DNA of 64,000 nucleotides from NCBI GenBank assembly GCA_002371235.1, contig DFGN01000002.1:4774-68773 (forward strand), written 5' to 3'. Below are positions 58,674 to 64,000 of this stretch, piece after piece. The stretch's first letter is position 1. Every line of letters begins with the position of its first letter. The translations under genes and the position numbers were made by a program. The notes beneath the pieces are model-generated. The model had not been told where the DNA came from, did not search any database, and worked only from the letters and a program-made list of their open reading frames with translations. Source of the DNA: Candidatus Saccharibacteria bacterium UBA3749 (GTDB taxonomy: Bacteria; Patescibacteriota; Saccharimonadia; Saccharimonadales; Saccharimonadaceae).

Positions 58674-59068
58674 TATTTATTCTCCTTCCCTGCATTCTTG
58701 TCAGCCTTTTTGGCTTCCTTTGCGCTGGTCTTCTTCTCATCTTCGTGTTCATTTACATCTTCAAACACTTTGATTGAGTCACCTTGCTTTAATCTAACAT
58801 AAGCAAACTTTTTATCCTGTCGATGTGTAATACCTGGATAGGCGTGTTTGCCCTTGCTAAACTTAGTTTTCTTACCATCACGAATTAAAGTTCTCACATC
58901 CGTAACGGTTACATTAAATTCCTTTTCGACCATCTTGGCGATTTCTTGCTTACCCATTGATTCTTTTACTGGAAAAACGTAAATCCGATTAGTCTGTTCT
59001 AGATAGCTTTTCTCGGTAGCACGAGGCTCTAGGAAATGAAGCTTCAAATTAGTATTATCTTCTTTCAT
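58673..59068 (-). CDS. rplW: 50S ribosomal protein L23
   Basis: PRATEKS, YVFPV, KKFAYVRLK; position in operon. Confidence 0.93.
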   Translation of the reverse strand: MKEDNTNLKLHFLEPRATEKSYLEQTNRIYVFPVKESMGKQEIAKMVEKEFNVTVTDVRTLIRDGKKTKFSKGKHAYPGITHRQDKKFAYVRLKQGDSIKVFEDVNEHEDEKKTSAKEAKKADKNAGKENK

Positions 59069-59071
59069 CGC

Positions 59072-59668
59072 TTATTTCTCCTCTCCGAGTAGCCACTTCT
59101 CTGTAGCTTTCAAAGCAGCCTCGCTAAATACAATTGCATCTGCATTCATAATATCAAAGACATTAAGATACGTAGCGCGTACTAGCTTGACGTTTGGCAA
59201 ATTATTAGTTGAACGTAAAATTTCAGGAGTCTTCTCTGCTGCTACTGCTAGCACATTCTTACCCTCAAGTTTCATGTCCTTCAAAACTTTAGCTGCATCC
59301 TTTGTCTTACCGGTCAATTTCACATCGGCAGCAAGCGTCATTACAGCTTTATCAGCATTTTTCATTGAAAGAGCCTGTCTTACAGCTAATAATTTCGCTG
59401 ATTTAGCCATTTTCTTGGTAAAATTCTCATTACCAGTGCGACCAAATGCCACACCACCATGTCGCCAAATCGGGTTACGAGTCGAGCCAAATCGTGCTCT
59501 ACCAGTGCCTTTTTGCCTCCATGGTTTCTTGCCACCACCGCTCACTTCACCGCGTTTCAAAGTTTTGGCGTGTGAAGAACGTGAATTTGCAAGATACGAA
59601 TCATAAGCGAGTTTCACGAGCTCATGGTTTTCTACCTTCAGACCAAAAATATCTTTATTCAAAGCCAT
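59072..59668 (-). CDS. rplD: 50S ribosomal protein L4
   Basis: GGGKKPWRQKGTGRAR, WRHGGVAFG. Confidence 0.97.
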   Translation of the reverse strand: MALNKDIFGLKVENHELVKLAYDSYLANSRSSHAKTLKRGEVSGGGKKPWRQKGTGRARFGSTRNPIWRHGGVAFGRTGNENFTKKMAKSAKLLAVRQALSMKNADKAVMTLAADVKLTGKTKDAAKVLKDMKLEGKNVLAVAAEKTPEILRSTNNLPNVKLVRATYLNVFDIMNADAIVFSEAALKATEKWLLGEEK

Positions 59669-59669
59669 A

Positions 59670-60290
59670 TTACTCCTTTCCCTCTACGCTCACGATACCT
59701 TTATTCGGTCCAGGCACTGCACCCTTAAGACCGATTAGGTTTTTCTCTACGTCAATATAAGATACGACTAGATTCTTCACGGTTACAGTATCGTGACCCA
59801 TTCGGCCAGGCATCCTCTTGCCTTTCCAAACTTTCTGTGGATACATGGAACCAATCGAACCTACTTTACGAATATCTCCTTTGAAACCGTGAGTATTACG
59901 TGATTCATTAAAATTATGGCGCTTCACCGTACCAGCATATCCTTTACCCTTGCTAGTGCCAGTTACAGCAACCTTATCTCCTAATTTGAAGCTCTCGACC
60001 GTTAAGCTGTCACCTAGCTTCATGCCTTCCGGGATTTCCTCAACGCGGAATTCCTTCAAGACTTTAGGATTAATATTTTCACCAGCCTTTTTTACGTGGC
60101 CGGAAACCGACTTGCTCAGATTCTTACCCTGACCGTAGCCCACTTGCACAGCATTATAACCGTCGCTATCGACAGTCTTTATCTGAGTCACCGTGCACGG
60201 ACCAGCTTGTAGGATTGTGACTGGAGTCACAACACCATCATCACCGATGATCTGGGTCATACCAATTTTGGTGCCGAGAATGACTTGCAT
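59670..60290 (-). CDS. rplC: 50S ribosomal protein L3
   Basis: GTKIGMTQ, GYNAVQVG, GTSKGKG, MPGRMG; start moved to 60290 (SD GAAAGGA). Confidence 0.98.
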   Translation of the reverse strand: MQVILGTKIGMTQIIGDDGVVTPVTILQAGPCTVTQIKTVDSDGYNAVQVGYGQGKNLSKSVSGHVKKAGENINPKVLKEFRVEEIPEGMKLGDSLTVESFKLGDKVAVTGTSKGKGYAGTVKRHNFNESRNTHGFKGDIRKVGSIGSMYPQKVWKGKRMPGRMGHDTVTVKNLVVSYIDVEKNLIGLKGAVPGPNKGIVSVEGKE

Positions 60291-60520
60291 TCTATTCCTT
60301 TCCTTTAAATTATTTGATTTAGAGAGTTTTGCCTCTGTACAACAGGCAAAACTTTTCCTGCCTCTAGCAGGTGGTTCGAAACGCTTTACTTTTAAACACA
60401 CCAAGTAATGCATCTCTTACAATTTCGCACTCTCCACCAGCAAAATTGCACTATTAAAACTAGACTTTTAGGTTGGTTTCCACTAATTGCATCGCGGACC
60501 TTACCTTATGTCTAGGTAAC
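60291..60520 (-). promoter_or_regulatory. structured 5' leader of the rplC operon
   Basis: TGGTATAAT at 60535-60527; hairpins at 60325-60353, 60357-60371 and 60420-60448. Confidence 0.55.
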
Positions 60521-60583
60521 TCTTCCATTATACCACGAATCGCCCCTCTTGCCAACCCCTAATTTGAACAACTTATCCAATAG

Positions 60584-61660
60584 CTATACCATGTTTTCCA
60601 GATAACTGTCAATAAACCCATCGATCTTTCCGTCTAATACTGCCTCCGGGTCGGTCTCTTCATATCCCGTGCGCGTATCCTTCACTAACTTATATGGTTG
60701 TAGTACGTAATTTCGAATCTGCTGTCCCCATCCAGCCGATTCGCCCGCCCGAAGTTCTCCGATTGTCGCCGCATGCTGTTCTAGCTGCATCTGCGCCAGT
60801 TTGCCACGTAAAATCTCCATCGCCTTTTCTTTATTCTGGTGTTGACTACGTTCATTCTGAATCGCCACCACAGTATTAGTAGGCAAATGTGTAATCCTCA
60901 CCGCCGAATCAGTCGTATTGACTCCCTGTCCACCGTGTCCACCACTGTGATATACGTCAATCCTAAGATCTTTCTCATCGATTACAACATCAGTCTCTGC
61001 TCTAATAATAGGCAAAATCTCTACTAGCGCAAATGAGGTCTGGCGCAAATTATTCGCATTAAAAGGCGACAATCGCACCAAGCGATGTACTCCGTGTTCA
61101 GATTTCAAAAACCCATAGGCATTAATACCAGTAATCTCATAAACCGCTGTTTTGATCCCAGCTTCTTCACCAACCACTCTCTCGAGGCAACTAGCTTTCC
61201 AGCCCTTCCTTTCAAAAAATCTCAAATACATTCTCTCGAGCATCCCCGCCCAATCCATTGCTTCAGTACCACCAGCACCGGAAGTAATCCTAATAATTGC
61301 ATTTTCACTATCATACGGCCCCTGAAATCTCAGACTCTTCCGTAGCTCCGTAAACTCATCTTCCATTGCCTGAATCTGTTCGCCAAATTCTTCTTTCATA
61401 TCATCATCCGAAATCTTCATTAGTTCCCGCAAATCCTCACTTTGCGTCCGCATCAATTCCCATGGCTGTACCTCATCGGACAAACGAGCTAATTCCTGAT
61501 TCTTCGCCGTAGCTTCTTCCACATTACGCCAAATCTCTGGTTCCGCCACCTCCTTCTCTAATTCCGCAATGCGTGATAATTTGTTCGAAATCTCTAATTT
61601 CTCATAAGCCTTCAAAAATTCTTCTGTAAAACCATCTAAACGTTTTTCTAATTCTTGCAT
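60584..61660 (-). CDS. prfB: peptide chain release factor 2, no programmed frameshift
   Basis: SPF motif (RLSPFNA), GGQ, IRNYVLQPY; ORF continuous from the start. Confidence 0.97.
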   Translation of the reverse strand: MQELEKRLDGFTEEFLKAYEKLEISNKLSRIAELEKEVAEPEIWRNVEEATAKNQELARLSDEVQPWELMRTQSEDLRELMKISDDDMKEEFGEQIQAMEDEFTELRKSLRFQGPYDSENAIIRITSGAGGTEAMDWAGMLERMYLRFFERKGWKASCLERVVGEEAGIKTAVYEITGINAYGFLKSEHGVHRLVRLSPFNANNLRQTSFALVEILPIIRAETDVVIDEKDLRIDVYHSGGHGGQGVNTTDSAVRITHLPTNTVVAIQNERSQHQNKEKAMEILRGKLAQMQLEQHAATIGELRAGESAGWGQQIRNYVLQPYKLVKDTRTGYEETDPEAVLDGKIDGFIDSYLENMV

Positions 61661-61683
61661 AAAAACATTATAGCATACCGCTT

Positions 61684-61715
61684 AATAAAATCGCCCCTTG
61701 CGGGGCAGATTTTAT
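61684..61715 (-). terminator. terminator after 83-aa gene
   Basis: aataaaatc-gcccc-ttgc-ggggc-a-gattttatt. Confidence 0.75.
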
Positions 61716-61963
61716 TGTGTGAGGTGCCAGGACAAATCACGCGAATTAAATTCGAGTGTCACTTTTTCCCGGCCGACCAGCACGTCGAAAATGTGAAGTG
61801 CCACCCCGCCCACAAATCGAATTTGTGTGCGAAGAAGCTCTGTAACTTCGGTTTCCGATTCGCCACGTCGCCTAAAAGTAAGTGGCTGACATGGCGTCAT
61901 TTCGTAACCGAACAAGGCCATCACTTCGACCTGCTCGTCATTAGTTTTGTTAAAGTTTTTCAT
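61712..61963 (-). CDS. small hypothetical protein, possibly DUF6504-like
   Basis: P.TFRRRG...HIFDV...LEFNSRDLSWHL; SD AAGGAG; family assignment from memory only. Confidence 0.6.
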   Translation of the reverse strand: MKNFNKTNDEQVEVMALFGYEMTPCQPLTFRRRGESETEVTELLRTQIRFVGGVALHIFDVLVGREKVTLEFNSRDLSWHLTQ

Positions 61964-62100
61964 AAAGACTCCTTTAAATTAAAATTTATTAGAGTCATTT
62001 ATGCGAGCCTGATTTATTGGCTCCTAGCACGAGGCATAAATGACGATACCAGGTGCCTTTAACTTTTCTCAACGTCAGTGACCGAAGTATAACGTGAGTA
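61964..62100 (-). promoter_or_regulatory. structured leader with alternative SD-sequestering folds
   Basis: TGTTATAAT at 62114-62106; 11-bp IR at 61994-62004/62034-62044; cUUCGg hairpin. Confidence 0.5.
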
Positions 62101-62192
62101 ATTTTATTATAACACGCAGTAAGGCCCAGTATAACCTTGTTTTTACGAAAAATATATAGTATCATTTACCAATAAGAATATTACAAAATATT

Positions 62193-63233
62193 ATGAATAT
62201 TTGGCAAGAATTACCCCAACCTTTTCTTATTCTGGCTCCAATGGAAGGTGTCACAGACATTATTTTTCGTCAAGTCATCGCCAAGGCTGGTCGGCCCGAT
62301 CTATTCTATACTGAATTTACCAATGTGTCTTCTTACGCGTCCGAAAAAGGTCGCCAAAATGCCCTCGAACGCCTTCAAGTCGCCCCTACTGACTCCCCAA
62401 TTATCGCTCAAATCTGGGGCAAAAACCCTGAGCATTTTTCGGAAGTTTCTTCCGCGCTTGCTTCACTCGGTTTTTCCGGAGTAGACCTAAATTTCGGCTG
62501 CCCCGACAAGCATGTTAATAAGGCCGGTGGTGGCGCCGCCATGATTAAGACGCCTGAGCTTGCTGTTCAATGTTTCCGCAACGCTCAAAGTAGTACCAAT
62601 TTACCAGTCTCAATCAAAACTCGCCTCGGCTGGTCTAACCCTACAGAATATGAAACTTGGTTGTCAGTTTTACTCGCCGAACATCCAGCCGCTCTTACTG
62701 TCCATCTACGTACCAAAAAAGAGATGAGCAAAGTACCCGCTCATTATGAACTCATACCTAAAATTGTTGCCCTTCGCAACCAAATTTCACCCGACACTAA
62801 ACTCATCATAAATGGCGATATAAAGGATCGTATCCACGCCTTAGAGCTCTATAAAAAGCATCCCGGCGTTGATGGTTTTATGATTGGTCGTGGCGTCTTC
62901 GCTAATCCTTACTGCTTTACCGACCATACTCCTATCCGCGAAGAATTAATGGAGCTTTTAAAAATGCATCTAGACTTATACGAAAAATACGCAAATGGGT
63001 CTTCAAGAAGCGTTGCGACCAACGAGAAGCTCCTGGCGAGCAAACCTTGTAATAACGAGTACGAGCGAAGCGGCGACGAGAAAAAACATTTGCGTAACCT
63101 GTCATATGAGCCCTTAAAGCATTTCTTCAAAATATACGTCAACAATTTCCCCGGCGCAAAAGAACTTCGCGCCAAACTTATGGAAACCCGCTCCATCCCC
63201 GAAGCAAGGAAAAATCTCGATAATCTTAAATAA
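62193..63233 (+). CDS. dus: tRNA-dihydrouridine synthase (Dus family)
   Basis: LAPMEGVTD, VDLNFGCP, IKTRLG, LTVHLRT, INGDI, MIGRG. Confidence 0.93.
   Translation: MNIWQELPQPFLILAPMEGVTDIIFRQVIAKAGRPDLFYTEFTNVSSYASEKGRQNALERLQVAPTDSPIIAQIWGKNPEHFSEVSSALASLGFSGVDLNFGCPDKHVNKAGGGAAMIKTPELAVQCFRNAQSSTNLPVSIKTRLGWSNPTEYETWLSVLLAEHPAALTVHLRTKKEMSKVPAHYELIPKIVALRNQISPDTKLIINGDIKDRIHALELYKKHPGVDGFMIGRGVFANPYCFTDHTPIREELMELLKMHLDLYEKYANGSSRSVATNEKLLASKPCNNEYERSGDEKKHLRNLSYEPLKHFFKIYVNNFPGAKELRAKLMETRSIPEARKNLDNLK
62988..63096 (+). repeat. in-frame palindromic insertion inside dus
   Basis: perfect 10-bp terminal IR tacgcaaatg/catttgcgta enclosing several hairpins and GCGAAGC. Confidence 0.6.
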
Positions 63234-63325
63234 ACCTATTCTTATTTCAAAAAGAAGAATAGAAAACCAAAAACTTCCAGAATATCCAACGTCTAACAAT
63301 ACCCGGTTATGTCATTAACAAAGCT

Positions 63326-64000
63326 TTATGGCTGGGCGATGGTGAAGAATTTGCCGGATGGAGAATCTGCGTATTTAGATGTAGTTTGCCCATAAAGACG
63401 GCTAGTAGTATTGTTAATACTATTCCCGTTTGTTTGAGGGATGGTTACAGACCAGGTGGTGGCGGACTTGCCGGCGTTAGAGAACATGTAGTTCATATCT
63501 GTCACGTTAGAAGTATTCCAAGAAGAGAGATTCAAAGTAAAGCTGGTGGCTCTGTAGCCGGCATAATAAAACATGCTGCGCATATCTGTCACGTTAGAAG
63601 TATTCCAGGAAGAAAGATTCAAAGTAAAGGCGGTGGCGGAGTAGCCAGCACCGGAGAACATTCCGCTCATATTTGTCACGTTAGAAGTAGCCCAAGAAGA
63701 AAGGTCGCCGATGGACCAGGCGGTAGCGGAGTTGCCGGCGCTATAGAACATGTAACTCATATTTGTCACGTTGGAAGTATTCCAGGAAGAAAGGTCGCCG
63801 ATAGACCAGGTAGTGGCGTTGTAGCCGGCGCTATAGAACATGTCGCTCATATTTGTCACGTTGAAAGTATTCCAAGAAGAAAGATTCAAAGTAAAGGTGG
63901 TGGCGGAGCGGCCGGCGTTAGAGAACATTCTGCTCATATCTGTCACGTTGGAAGTATTCCAAGAAGAAAGATTCAAAGTAAAGGTGGTGGCGGAGTAGCC
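63326..64000 (-). CDS. DUF285/BspA-type surface repeat protein, 5' partial (runs off the window)
   Basis: LSSWNTSNVTDMSxMF repeats; frame open to position 64000. Confidence 0.85.
   Translation of the reverse strand, partial: GYSATTFTLNLSSWNTSNVTDMSRMFSNAGRSATTFTLNLSSWNTFNVTNMSDMFYSAGYNATTWSIGDLSSWNTSNVTNMSYMFYSAGNSATAWSIGDLSSWATSNVTNMSGMFSGAGYSATAFTLNLSSWNTSNVTDMRSMFYYAGYRATSFTLNLSSWNTSNVTDMNYMFSNAGKSATTWSVTIPQTNGNSINNTTSRLYGQTTSKYADSPSGKFFTIAQP
63440..64000 (-). repeat. 87/90-bp coding tandem repeats (6 full units plus a partial)
   Basis: 29-30-codon units; AACGTGACA invariant in all six. Confidence 0.95.

Noticed and set aside
60291-60413. 41-aa N-terminal extension of L3 in the ORF track (and similar extensions on thyA, secY, rpoC, leuS, GT4, metG, rplF, rpsN)
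   Set aside because: SD or -10 positions and protein homology support the downstream ATGs.
1-64000. Reverse transcriptase, Avd, integrase or transposase genes
   Set aside because: No ORF with YxDD RT motifs or recombinase/transposase signatures was found, so any active DGR or mobile machinery lies outside the window.
1-64000. Numerous 60-170 aa ORFs antisense to or nested in housekeeping genes
   Set aside because: Shadow ORFs with no SD or promoter and no recognisable motifs.
1-64000. Alternative genetic code (TGA as Gly)
   Set aside because: TGA terminates intact genes (e.g. 26518, 38286, 43474) and RF2 is present.

Overview
This looks like chromosomal DNA from a Candidatus Saccharibacteria (TM7, Patescibacteria/CPR) bacterium, probably a host-associated lineage. 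That assignment is inferred from protein features: no rpmD, Zn-free L36/L32/S14, and a Cys-free RNAP beta' Zn-finger region. It uses genetic code 11 (TGA serves as a stop and RF2 is present). About 58 kb is minus-strand housekeeping DNA: a rearranged S10-spc-alpha ribosomal superoperon, rpoBC, secY, aminoacyl-tRNA synthetases, ftsEX-PcsB-like-ctpA and tRNA-Ala(CGC). A plus-strand HD-thyA-folA-glyA thymidylate block sits at the left end. Accessory surface genes are a FISUMP/C-type-lectin-like protein, two xPDTG-anchored adhesins that split the spc operon between rpsH and rplF, a class F sortase overlapping secY, and a 5'-truncated DUF285/BspA-type repeat protein at the right edge. The most notable signals are: (1) DGR traces, namely an NNC-biased VR-like 3' end next to an inverted AAC-rich TR-like fragment, with no reverse transcriptase in the window; (2) near-identical DUF285 repeats that are hypervariable at a few codons; (3) ~110-120 bp multi-hairpin elements with terminal inverted repeats, one in frame inside dus; (4) at least 8 genes with an ATG exactly 6-7 nt after a -10 box, suggesting leaderless mRNA; (5) a stand-alone sRNA divergent from rpoB and a riboswitch-like leader; (6) helically phased tandem arrays upstream of the large adhesin; (7) loss of both beta' zinc sites, and rpmC and rpsJ missing from the operon. 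No database searches or folding programs were run, so family names come from motif recognition.
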